Assembly: GCA_036172245.1 (NCBI GenBank)
Contig: JAYWIR010000001.1
Span: 868,001 to 932,000 of the forward strand
Length of the DNA stretch: 64,000 bases
Direction of reading: 5' to 3'
Source of the DNA: Raillietiella orientalis
Lineage: Eukaryota
A program made the translations under genes and the position numbers. Positions 45,101-57,600 of this stretch are shown in pieces; position 1 is the first letter of the stretch; the number at the start of each line of letters is the position of its first letter. Under the pieces are notes generated by a model. That model saw only the letters and a list, made by a program, of their open reading frames with translations, was not told the origin of the DNA and ran no database searches.

Positions 45101-46444
45101 AGGAAGATAGGGGCATGCCCTCCCTATTTTCGAGTACCGGAGGACTCCTCCCATGAAAAAATTTTTCCCGAAGTAGAGAGTGGGCGCGGAGGGAACACTT
45201 CGAGATCCAATCGGAGAGGAGGAGGAGGAGGAAGGGAGGATGAGAAAGGGAGGAGCAAAGAAGAAGGACAGGAAAAAGGAAGGAGGAGGAGGAAGGGATA
45301 GGCCTCTTTTTTGTTCCCTAAGAGGAGAGGGAAGGGACAACAGGGAAGGAAGAGAACTTCCTTCTCTGTTGTCCTGGAGGGGAAAAGCTGGACTTTCGAA
45401 GGGAGATCTCCTCCTTAGAAAACGCCCATCTCTAGGAAATTCCAGTGAGCGAGAAAGTCGACGTGCCTTCATCTCATCCCGGGAGGTCCTGTGCTCCGCA
45501 ACCATCCCTTCCCGTCCTGCTGATCCCTCGAGCGGGAGAGCACGCTCTCACTGTCGCTTCGCGCTTCCCTCCCCTTCCCCTTCCCAGTCTCTCGTTGCCG
45601 CAGGAGGCCAGCCGCCATTACTTCCTCCCTCTCTGCGCCCTCCGTGCCCCCTTGTACCCCTGAAGGCCACTGCCATGCCCCTGACGACGAGAGTTTTCTG
45701 GAAGTGGCTGACGCTCCGCATGAGGCGCGGCACACGCCGGCGGGGTTTGCTGGCGCAGAGCGCCTCCCTTTCTACCCGTTTGTGCGGTAGGGAGCACCCC
45801 CATCCCAATTTTGCACTCAAAAATTAATGAAGGCGCAGTCGAGCTGGCGTCAGAGGTGCCCGCCCAGACAGCACTCCTTCCACGTGCCCACTCTCCCCAC
45901 TTCCCTCCGAGAGCGTGGAAGAACGCAAAAAAAAAAAAAACGAGAGCGACTCGGCTGCGCCTTCCCCCAACTGTGCATCCCGGTGCACGCTTAGTGCCCC
46001 AAAGACGGGGAGGCAACGCCCCTAATTAACGCTTTCGGCCAGAGGGATGAGCTCTTTGCAGCTGCAGGAGCCAGCCCTCCCGGGTGCGCCTGCAAGCACC
46101 CGCAGTCGCGTCCCCGGAGAGCGAACGGTTCCCAGACCTCCCCTTCACTCTACCCTAGGAGGCTCCCGCACTTCGCTTACACGCACTTGAGGGGATTCAG
46201 CAACATCCCTCTCTTCCCGGGTTCCCCGTCTCCGATCCCTCGTGGTTTTCCTCCTTCGCAGAAGCGAGGAAAAGGGAGTGGGAGATGGTCAATGGTTCCC
46301 CCTTTAAAGTCCTCCTCCTGGAATTCCCCCTTCCACCCCTGGCTCGGCGTCGCGGCGCCTGGTTGGGTTTCGTGGGCGGCTGCTTTCTGCACGCACAGAC
46401 ACACCTGCAGCGGGCCAGTAATGTCTACGAGATTCCAGACGCAT

Positions 46445-46685
46445 ACTCTTCCTTTTCTCCTCTTCCTCTTTTCCTCTCTTCCTCCTCATCCTTTGCTCCT
46501 CTTCTTTCTTTTCTTCTCCTCCCTCTTTTCCTCCACCTCACCTCTTCTTCCTTCTCCTTGACTCCCCTTCCTTCTCTTTCGTTCCTTCTCTTTCTCCCTT
46601 TTTCCTCCTCCTTTCCTGTCCTTCTTTACCTCCCTTCTCCCTCCTTCCTTCCTCTTTCTCCCTTCCTCCTCCCTTTATCTTCCTA
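46445..46685. repeat. Polypyrimidine low-complexity tract
   Basis: C/T-rich on plus. Confidence 0.85.
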
Positions 46686-48029
46686 CTGAAATACGCACCA
46701 GGGAGGAAAACTACCCGATGTTGGCTCGCATGGTTACTCATCGATCGTCAGACTTTTCGGCGAGCTCCACGGTCCAGTGAGCCCTTCCTCCTGGTTCTTG
46801 TTTCTTCTTGTCCGCCTGCTGCGAAGACACCGTTGCTGAGATGTAGAATTGCCTTTTTCCCCTCTCTCTCTTACAGCGATGATTTCCGACATCTCCGTGA
46901 GCCTCTCCGAACCTGGAACAGGTGAGAAAGTCATCTTCCTCTTTCAAGAAAGAGCTGTCGGGAGTTCATCCGGCAATTCAGAAGTTCCTCCGCTGAGACA
47001 GCCGCTTGGCATGCAGCCTGCATAAGGGCCTCTATGGCAGCAGGCTCCTTTTCACCAAGGAGGATGGGAAGCAACATTCTTACCCTGCAAAGAACAGCAA
47101 GGAGCTTTGCTTACAGAGCGTTATCGACAGCCTCGTCTGCTTCCAGTTCGGGATGTCCTGCGGCGAGAGTCTCGTAGTGGCCCGAACAGAACGAGAATGC
47201 TCCACTCGAGACAGTTAAATGTCCTATCCATTCGGAGAAGGAAGCAAACACACACACACACACACAGGCTTGCATCCCTGCGCAGGACTTTCTACGCGTC
47301 TTTCTCCCTAGCGACGCGACCTGTGGTTCGTGCAGCCTGTGGTCTAATTCGAAGCACACGAGGTGTCCGCATCTCTGAATTGCGTAACCTGCGGAAATGA
47401 AGAAAGAATGAATCCAGCGCCACAACCTTCTTACACCATCCATGATCTTACCCGTGGGTATGGCTTGCCGCCGGTGTTTCCATGGACCGTTTCTGAGGGT
47501 TCCCAAGGAATTGCCACCGGTAGTCATGCTTTTTCTAAGGAAGGACAGAAGTCGATCCCTTGTGAATCGGAAAGAGTACATCGGAGCTCTTCGTTAGGAA
47601 TAAGTGTCTTGAGGGGAAAGTGTTGCCCTGGGAACGAGAGGCAGGGCAGAAACGAGAGAGTATCATCAAAAGGAGAGTGCAAAATCTCCTCGCCAGCAGC
47701 GGTTTCTTGAAGGCAAAATGACCGTTCCTTCAAGCAAGACCTCGAAAAATCCAGCACAGAGGAGCAGCCAGCAACGTTAGGGAAGGAAGAAAAAGCAGTG
47801 CGTGCATCCAGCAAGGCAGAGGCGGAGAATAGGATCGCCCGTTGACAGGAACCAATCAAAGAGGGGATTCAAAAACTCAATGAAAACAAGTCAGCGTTGG
47901 GGACCGTGCGGCTGCGGCCTACACTCGTGGCACCGAGCGTCGCGGGTCGCATCCCGCCCGGGGAAGGGATCGATGCCGACACATTGGAGGGAGCGTCGTG
48001 GGTTTCGAGTTCCTCTTCCACCCTCGCAG

Positions 48030-48640
48030 GACGGTGATGTTTAGCCTCGGCTGGCTTCGGATGCATCACCGGTGGAAGCCCGTCGACTGTCCAGGATTGG
48101 AAGTTGACCATCAGGGGTCCTTCCAGGGATCAAGGATCCCTTCGAAGCTCCCCTCTGCTTGTGAAAATGGAGCCGTTACCATGGAGCTGGTTGATACTCT
48201 GCTCGGGGAGTAGTCTCCCCAGTGTTACGAAGGGTGCTGCACTCTTCGGGGCTCTATTCAGACGGAACCCCTCCTGGCTGCCTCTTCAGAGGAGGAAACC
48301 AGGAGTGGTTTCCTCCAGAAAAGAAATCAGGAGCGGTCCCTTCAGGAGTCCTTCCAGATAGAACAAGAAATAGGTTCCATTCCCCTCCGGAGACATCCAG
48401 GTCGAGGGTTCCCCAACCTAGCGTGAGAGGGATGGGACTCTTCTTCCTCCGGAGCCTTCCTGGATTCCATAGGGTGGTCCCTCCGGAGTTGCTTTCCTCT
48501 AGCGTGAAGAGTGACACGCACCCTCTGGTGGCGTGGACCGTGAAAAGAGCTTCGTGATCCTCCCTAAGGAGGCGAGCGGTTCTTCAGCACGGGGGAAACA
48601 AAGAAGGAAAAAGCTTGAAGGAAAGCAGAGAAAATGGAAG
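48030..48640 (-). mobile_element. Dispersed repeat module, copy 3
   Basis: Similar to 3940-4500 and 7755-8350 over its whole length. Confidence 0.7.
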
Positions 48641-48669
48641 AACCTCAAATCGTTATCATTATAGGCCCA

Positions 48670-49395
48670 TTGGCCCCCGGCGTGCTGGAACAGCTGCACC
48701 CTCCCCTTCGAGTGGCTGTAGTTGGCGTTGCCGGTGGCTCACGGAGAATCCCGTGTGAAGGGAGCCTTCGCCACTAGACACGACGGAACCTGGACGCTCG
48801 GTGAGATAGGTGCGGGAAGAAGGAGACCTTCCCGAGCATCCTGTTGAACCGGGCTCCCCTCCGACCCCTTTGGCATCTCCTTGCGGCGGATCTACGATCC
48901 ACGGTGGTGGGCAGCCCCAGGGACATTTTCAAACGCCTCTTCGTGCGCGGTGCCTCACTGCTGTCAGCCTCTCATCCCTCGCAGTTCATTCTGTCTCAGC
49001 GGGATCAAGGCGACCCGGAACGCCTCAAGAAGAGTCCGAAATGGCAGAGGCGCCATCCACTCGGCACGGATCTTCCTAAGGACCTCCTCGAGATGGCTCC
49101 ACCTGGGTTCTATACGGACAGAACTTGCCAGATTCAGAGGACACCTGACAGAGTACCGTAACCCCTTCCTCAGTCACTACCTCCGCTCCCTGTGTACAAT
49201 CCCTTCTCTGTTTTTGTATGTTCATTTTTTTTTGGGGGGGGAGGGTTGTTTCCCTTTCCCCCACGCTGCCGAAGCGGACCTTGCCTGCCTGCGAACCGCT
49301 CTTCAGCAGGTTCCTTGCACGTTGTAGAACCAAAGGTTCTACCACACCAATCTAATTTTATTCTTCTACGTAATAAATGCCCCGGAATAACCAGA
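48670..49395 (+). mobile_element. L1/Tx1-like retrotransposon 3' portion
   Basis: Aligns by eye to 39541-40170 (TGGCCCC.GG.GT, AGGTGCGGG...GAG.CC.TCCCG); hairpin 49324-49342; AATAAATGCCCCGG. Confidence 0.7.
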
Positions 49396-51710
49396 TGATA
49401 ATCGCCCTGGGCCAACAGTAACGATCTCCCCGTGAGGTCGCTACTGGCCTTTTTCCAAAAAAGAAAAAGAAAAAAATGAAAAGAACGAAGATCTGAGAGC
49501 ACATGCACGCACACTGGGAATCGCGACAAATCGGCAGAATCTGAAACAGGAACCGCATGCGACGATCTCTGAAAAGTAAGGGAGGCAGGCCAGAGACAGG
49601 AGGGAATACCAATCTCCAAAAAGTAGTATACAAGGTCATTGCGGAGCGTAATTCTCAATAGTTGCTAAACACGAGAAACGCGGATCCTCGAAAGCATTTG
49701 CAAGATATACTAGGAATTATCGAGGAAGTGCGTGGGAGGAGATGCTTGCACACGAGAAAAGGAGTTGACAATCACAAACATTGTGAACTTGGTCAAAAAA
49801 AAGAAAGGGCACAAGAGAAAAAATCATGCAAGGAACGAATGCTGACCACCTTAAGTAAAAGAACAGCTTAAAATTACGTTAAGCAACTGAGCAACAGTGA
49901 AAGAAAGTGAGAACAGAACCAGGCAGAAGGCACATTCACGAAATACGGACGAGAGCATCCTGCATCGATGTTTCACTTCTGGAGCACACCTGGCTTACGT
50001 GTTCCTCTTATGTGCAAGTTGTTAAGATCACATGAATTATAGCTATATAATTGAAGAGTCTTCAACCTACTGAGACTCCAATCAAAAGCAAATTGATTTT
50101 GAGGTCTCGCTTCACTGTTTACAGAGTTTTTTCATGTTTCTCACTTTGACAAACTGTGTTCATGAGTGTTCATGTTTCAACCTTTATCCTAAGTGAAACA
50201 ATCGATTCTCCACATAGTCACCACTTATTCACTCAACAAGAATTTGTTAGCTTTCAAAGAACTGTTTTCGGGACTGAACTGAACATCTCCCTCATTTCAA
50301 ATGCTATGCAACGTAGCACATAATTTCTTATGAAGCATTCAACACCGCTACATATAAATGTGGTGCTCAAGATTCGAGACATTACCAGTTAGATATCAGA
50401 TCTCCTGGACATTTCTTTCTTCAATTTATCAGCTGCTCTTATCTTTGAGATATGCGGAAATTTTTCCGTATTCTTATTGTATTGTATTTGAAGGTAATAA
50501 ACGATCAAGAGATAATATATAAGTATTTGATTTGCCTGGTTATTCTTAGAATTTAAATTTCAATCTTTGCGAAGTTTCAGGACAATGGCTTCTTGCATCC
50601 TACACGCATCTGTCTGTCTAATTCTCTTGTACTCTCACAAGCTTTCAAAGCATCTTTCAATATGATTCAGTATGATTCAATGCAATGAATGCCAATGATC
50701 TGAGGACCAGTCAGCATTTCTCAGCCTTGTCCTCAGGTTTGCATACTTTGTTCTGTTGAATTTAAACTACGATTAAGTGCTGAAGTTTCACTCTGAAATC
50801 CTAGAATTTCTAAAACTTTAGCTTTTTCCTTTTGAACGCTATTTGGGCACATATAGAAGATATTGAAAAATGTTTTAAAATGTTATGACTGTCAAGGATG
50901 TCTTCTTCAGCTGGGAAGGAAGCTAATAAAGAGTATTGTGTATCATCGAAACAAAGATGCATAATGGGCATAATCAGTTTTCCTCTTTGAATCATCTTAT
51001 GATAATCAAATGGTAATCGTAAAGAGTGATGTCAGAATAAATCCATTCAGTAACTTTGACATCACCACAGTATTGTAGGAAAAAGAAAGGCAACTATGTT
51101 CATATTTTCGAATATAATCCGAATCAGTCTAAAGTAGTGAATCATTTGTAATACTTTGAGCTGTAACACTACATTAAATCTTATATCATGAAGCAAATGC
51201 TTCCTCGAAGTTGAACCTGAAAATGGAACAATATTTTTTTAAAAAATATAGCAACCTACATTCAGTTTTCAAATTTAAGAGAAAGTCAGTTCTTGAGAAA
51301 TCAGCAGATTTAAAAAGGAAAGATGCGTCTCTATAAAAATAAATTAGCCTTAAAAAAAAAAACTGCATATTAGCTGAAGAATAAAATTTAAGCTGATGTT
51401 ATTTTGTTGAGTTTTCCGCGATATGTTCTTCCCTTTTCGTTTTAAAAGACTCTAGTTAATTTCTGATAAAAAATAAAAAATTACTGCTTTTTGGTACAGA
51501 ATTACTAGAATTTAATAATATAATTTTCAAGATATCATCAAAATATTTTTTTAAATCAATATATCAGCAGTTCTGTCAAACGGAGTTTTCCGATTATATT
51601 ATTGCAACTTGTTTATCTTAAGAGCTTGATAACCTTGTGTTATCAAGATATCTTGGTTTCTATGTGAAGCACTTAACGTTTTTTTCTAACCACTTCAATA
51701 ATATTATAAT

Positions 51711-54404
51711 ATGTCTAAGTATAATGATCGTGGAGGATATGGACAGTCATATAAAATAGTTATCGTAGGTGGAGGAGGTGTTGGAAAATCTGCAATAACA
51801 ATCCAGTTCATTCAGGTACCTATACATTATTCTGTAGTAATGATTGGTTTTAGTTTTTCTCCAAATATGAATTGAAGGCTGCGTATAAGAAAAATTTTTA
51901 ATTTCATTTCAGAGTTACTTCGTGACAGATTATGACCCAACAATTGAAGATTCCTACACCAAACAGTGCGTTATTGACGATAAAGTGTGTAAGCTGGATA
52001 GTAAGTATCTTGTAAAGCTCATGTATGGAGTTTCTTGAAACATATGGAAACCCATTTTTATTTAAATGCCTAGTTTTGCATGAAACATGTAAATGTATAT
52101 CAAGCACACCGGATGCTGAGAAGTACGTTTACATGCTGAAAGAGTGGTTACATAAAATTTTGTGAATTTAGGGTAAAAATGTTAGTGAAAAGTACTCGGA
52201 GCAGGTTTACAGTCTTGTTACAATATCTTTTACCAAACTTGAAATGATGTGATTTGGTTACATTATATTTTTGCGAAACGTTTTGCAGATTTCTGTTGTA
52301 TAATCTTATGAGACAAATGGATTTGTATCTGCCCAATAAGTTTTGTAGTCTAGCATCCAACCTGACAATTTGAGGAGATTAGTCATAATACGTGATAAAA
52401 TGTTCATTAATTATCTTTAAGTTACAGTTTATGTTTTTCCGAAAACGAAAAGAACGGTAGTTGCAAAGAATGCAAGAAGTGTCTATGTGTTATATTCTTC
52501 AGCATATTTTCAGCTGTTACCCAAAGGTCATTCCTAATTAAGTTTCTCATGGAAAAATCAAATGGAATTTATTAAGTGCATTATGGGAAAATATGTTCAA
52601 TCTAATGAGAGTTCTGTTTAGGTTACAAAGGTTTCAATGTGAAGTTTTCAACTAGCATTAATCGTGCCTTAGTTGCCTTCCTTGGCTACAATATTGCCCG
52701 TTTCATTGTGAATATATCAGCTCAAATGCAAATGTTAAAATCACTTTTCCTGTATCAGTTTGGTATAAATCACTTGATTTCATATCTGCATGTGACCAAA
52801 TAGAGTATATACTGCATTTGATGAAACAGTAGTCCCAGGGAATCTACCAATCTTATGCAATGCGTGCACAATGAGAAAGGCAAGCAGAATATTAGATCAG
52901 TAAAGAAAAGCCTTTTCTCTACTGACCTTATTTAATGTAATGCAAGATTGTTAAAAAGTGGTACACGCTGTGTTTCATTTCAGTGAGCTAAAGCTCATTC
53001 AATAATTTGGTTTTTCAGTTAGAAATTTAAAAGTATTACAGATGCAAGTGTTGATGTTAAGTAATAATGTTTTTTGTGTACTTGCTTGTTCCTCACTGCA
53101 TTCTGTGTTTATCATTTTAGTATAGGTTTTTACATGGCAGAACAGATTGGTTTCATTTTTTTGCTGATAGCTCCTTTGTTGATAGCTTTTTCTCTTTTGA
53201 AATAGTACTTTAATCAAGGGTAAAAAGATTCTGTCTCATTATCTGTGTTGTAGCCAATTAGGTGAAAACAAAGATGATTGTCATCCAGCAGATTTTCAAG
53301 TCTCTTGTTTGATTAGTGCCCTCATCTTTTTTCTATTTTTCACCTATTTTCTTTTCTTAACCAACATGCAGCCTTAGTGTAATGTTGTCTGTTTATCTCT
53401 CCTGTCAATCCTAATAACAAAATTGAAAAAAGAGAAGAAAAGAAAATAGTAATCAGTAGAATAAAGCTTGAATTTGCTTTAGACGTTCTTTAAATTTTCT
53501 TAAGTTATTAGTAGTTACCAAAATCGAATTTAAAAGACAGTTGTAGTGCTGACATAAGGTGATTGAAATTGTCAGATCTGATAGCAAAGAATTCCCAAAC
53601 TTCAATTCATAAAAGTAAAAGAATAATGTAAATTACAAAACTGATTTTAAAAAAAAGAAAAAAAAAAGTGAAATGAGTCTGTGGCAAAAGTAAGTTCACT
53701 CATCATATGTAATTTATCACTTAAAGTGCTTATACAGTTTGTTTGGAATTTCAATTCTTGTTTCCTCTTTGTTCAGATATAACTGTATTGGCATGATTCA
53801 TTCCTTGATTATGATTACTGATTGTTCTTGGAAGTTGCACATTGTTCTTGCCGTCCTTGCGCAACTTGAACTTGTTTAATGCCAATTTCACAAAATTAAG
53901 AACAGATTCAGTATGTATGTTCTCTGAATTCAGTTTTGGATACAGCAGGCCAGGAAGAATTCAGTGCTATGAGAGAGCAGTACATGCGCTCAGGAGAAGG
54001 TTTCCTTCTCGTTTTCTCCTTAGCAGATCAAGCCTCCTTTGAAGAAGTTTACAAAGTACACAAACAAATCTTACGAGTGAAAGACAGAGACGAGTTTCCA
54101 ATGCTAATGGTGGGCAATAAGTGTGATTTAGTACATCAACGAGTGGTAAGTATTGGAATCAATTGTGGAATGTAAACCTATGTCAAAGATCTTGTGCTTA
54201 ATGATGTAGGTGTCTTCAGAAGAAGCAAAGCATATGTCCTGCCAATTAAAAATACCATATATAGAATGCAGTGCCAAAACAAGAACCAATGTAGATGAAT
54301 CATTTCACGAGTTGGTGCGCATTATAAGAAAATTTCAAGCTACCGAACGACCTCCACTTAAATGTAGAAAAAAGAAGCCTAAACATATGTGCAGCATAAT
54401 TTAG
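51711..54404 (+). CDS. Ras64B: Ras-related GTPase of the R-Ras2/TC21/Ras64B subfamily, 4 exons
   Basis: Exons 51711-51815, 51913-52000, 53934-54145, 54210-54404. Motifs: [67 protein letters not shown], and a polybasic tail with Caa[13 protein letters not shown] and GQEEF are R-Ras-subfamily signatures. Confidence 0.95.
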
Positions 54405-54631
54405 GCCATGATGGTCTGTGTGTCTCTGCTCTTCACTGCCACTCATTTTGTGATTGAGTAGGAGTCAGTGCCTTCATTTCATGATGTACTCATGGTTACT
54501 GGCTTACAGGCTCTGAGAATGCATCTAATTTGATAGAAATTTCCCAAAATTAATTGAAAAATGTTACTTCAGTGCCATAAAAAGGATTGCTGCTAACATT
54601 AAATAATATAAGCTTCTCTATTTACTTATGC

Positions 54632-57600
54632 TTATTCAATCAATTGGACGTAGTTTGCAGGAAATAGCCCTTTATATCCATTGCATTTTCCTATCCACCA
54701 ACCTTCATACAACTACAGAACCTTTAAAGAGCTGAGAATAAAATATCTTACTTACTGTCTCAATGTCTGTTATCACATCACCCGGATTAAATGAAATCTC
54801 AGTTTCGTCAGCAGCTTGGTAATCATAACATGCAATAGCTCTCAAGCTAGCACCAGTTGATACCAATTCAGCATCTTCATTCAGATCTGCTTCACATGGA
54901 GGAATTTGGGTAGATGGCTGCTGTTCAATTTCTACCCTTGCCTCTTCAGTTGAAAGATCTTGATTTGCATCGTGAACGGCTAATTTCTCGAACTTTAATT
55001 TGAGGTCGCTTGTTTTCATCTGATCTAGATTATTTTTTATGCATTTAGCCTTCTCAAATGCACATACCATGACATGATTGCTTTATCAGATCAGACATAA
55101 TTGCTTCATCAGATGAAATGGTACTTGAGGATTTCAGTTCTGAGGATGGATTTGCAGCTTCAACCAATCCCTTTACAATCAATGATGTAAGTGATACAAG
55201 ATTACAGTTACCTTGGACAAGTCAGCTTTGTCTGAAGAGCAATCTGAAGTTGGTTTATAATCCCAGCCTTCAGCACAGGGATCTTGTCTATCTTTCTGGA
55301 CACCAAATTTACCTCCAAATCCTACACTGTGATCTACAAACAGTCCAAGATATTGAGCTGAACACTCATAACAGCCATCTAATTACACAAGCATAACATC
55401 TTTGCATTGCTGTCAACTACACTGACCAAGAGTTCTTGTAACGAAATTGCACCTCGTTAGTCTAATATCAGAAGCTATTAAGACTTGATTGCAAATGGAA
55501 AACACAATAGATTCTGATATTGAAGTACGTGAAATTTAAAGGTTGTTTAATATAGGTATAAGTCTGTTAAATGTACTCTTACATGGTTATACAATAGTTT
55601 TAACAAAAAAAGAAAAAAAAACAATTTATATAATTAACAAGATACTTTAAACAAAAAATTTCATCCTTTCATGAATTCAAAAACCAAATAAATTTTAGGA
55701 GGGAAAATAAAGACAAATCTAGATATGATGAAATCCACATGCAATTTTAATTGCCAAGATGTACATTCACATGTAGACAGCAAAATAATTAAAATTCATT
55801 TATATAAACATTCCTTTAAAAACACAACCACGTGCTAAACAGGATAAAAGATCCAAAGTGCATAAAAATAGGTTGGTACAAGATGGACATAAAAAAAAAA
55901 AAACAGCACATATCTGGAAATAGTAAAGCAACAGAAAGTTGTCTAACATGTCTGGAAATTTATTGCTTCTAGCCAATTTCGATGTATGATCCTTGAGTCT
56001 ACTGGTGCTGCTCTACTCTGCTTGAACCTTATTGAAAAGGACATTCACAGCCACTGCATTGAAAAGTAAAAGTAAAAGCAAGAGATATATGACCAATATG
56101 AGAAACAGTAATAAATCCAAAACCAAGAGAATAAATTTCAGATTCCACATAAATCACATCTTTGACATAGCAATGTGCACTACATTTGTTTCAACAAAAA
56201 ACCCAAAGTTGTCACATTACGCAATATGCTCTAGTTTACCTATTTGAGAGGGGTGCTTCTCCACAGGCTCCTTATAATTCCAGTCAAGTGCACTTTTATC
56301 CCGTCTGTCATTCTGGACACCAAATTTGCCTCCAAATCCCATACTGTAATCTGTTGAGAATTCAATTTTCAAAATTGCTCATGACACAATCATAAACAAA
56401 TGCAGTGATTCCTCGAATTTTAAAGCCATAATTGGGACAACATGTGATTACAAATGAGCATTTTTATGCAACAGATTGACAGAATTTCTACCTTTTTGAG
56501 AGGGATGTTTTTGTGGTTGTTCTCGATAATCCCATCCTACAGCACAGCTGTCTTGACGATCACTTTGTATCCCAAATCCTCCACCAAAACCCTGGCTGTA
56601 ATCTGCAATATCAGAAAAAAAGACACAATCAAATAAATGCATGAACTGATTAAAGCTGTAAATTTTAGATATTTATTGCATCTCCATGAATTCATGAGAA
56701 GGCTACTGTTTACAACACATTTATGTTTTTAGTGATATCATGCTAAGTGATTTTTTGAACGATCTGTAGTAATCCTGGAATGAGTTCATTCCTTACAGAA
56801 ACAAGTAAGCTGTGCAAATAAACAGAGCAAGATGATAAAGCATTCTGACCATAAAAAAATAAAATAAAGTAATCCTTTGAGGAATATCTGTGATCTTCAG
56901 AAGAAGCATTAGAAAATTATAATCACTATTACAAAGTCTTACAAATAACAGGTTTTACATGGCACAACATAGCCATGTTTTGAAAAAATTAACATTTCCA
57001 GGCATTAACAAAACACTCAGCTCAAACACTCAAGATATAAGACATACAAGATATTTCATGCTTCCGGATACTACAACATATTGGGGATTTAACATATTCA
57101 TGTGAAGAGACATAAAACTGGCAAGCGAAATGACCAACATTTTTACACATAACTTAATCTTTGGATGCATAGAACTGTGCCATAAATTTACAAATCAAAA
57201 TACACATTGATAGAAAATGTGCCAATATTCTAATAAATCACATACTTAAACAAGACATTTCCCTCTTTCAAACAAAATGTTGAAGAGAGTGTCAAGAAGG
57301 TTCAAGTCATTTATCAAATTTACATTAAGAATGTTCATACACAGGCTAACAAATGTAAAATAAAGGCGAGAAATTTTCTAAAATTATAAAAGTTATGCGA
57401 TCCTTTCTCAAATCAGTACAAAATTTCCTGAGTACTTTGTCTCTAAAGCAACAAAAGGGATGGGTGCTTAAAGAGGTCTGTTTGAGGTACCCTTTTGAGA
57501 AGAATGCTTCTCTGATTTTCCAACATAATCCCAACCAACTGCACTGGGATCCTGCTTGTTCTTTTCAACTCCATACTTGCCCCCAAATCCAATACTATAA

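Noticed and set aside
51186..51368. Similarity to the N-terminus of COG2/Vps51-type tethering subunits
   Set aside because: The frame closes immediately and the expected downstream conserved motif was not found.
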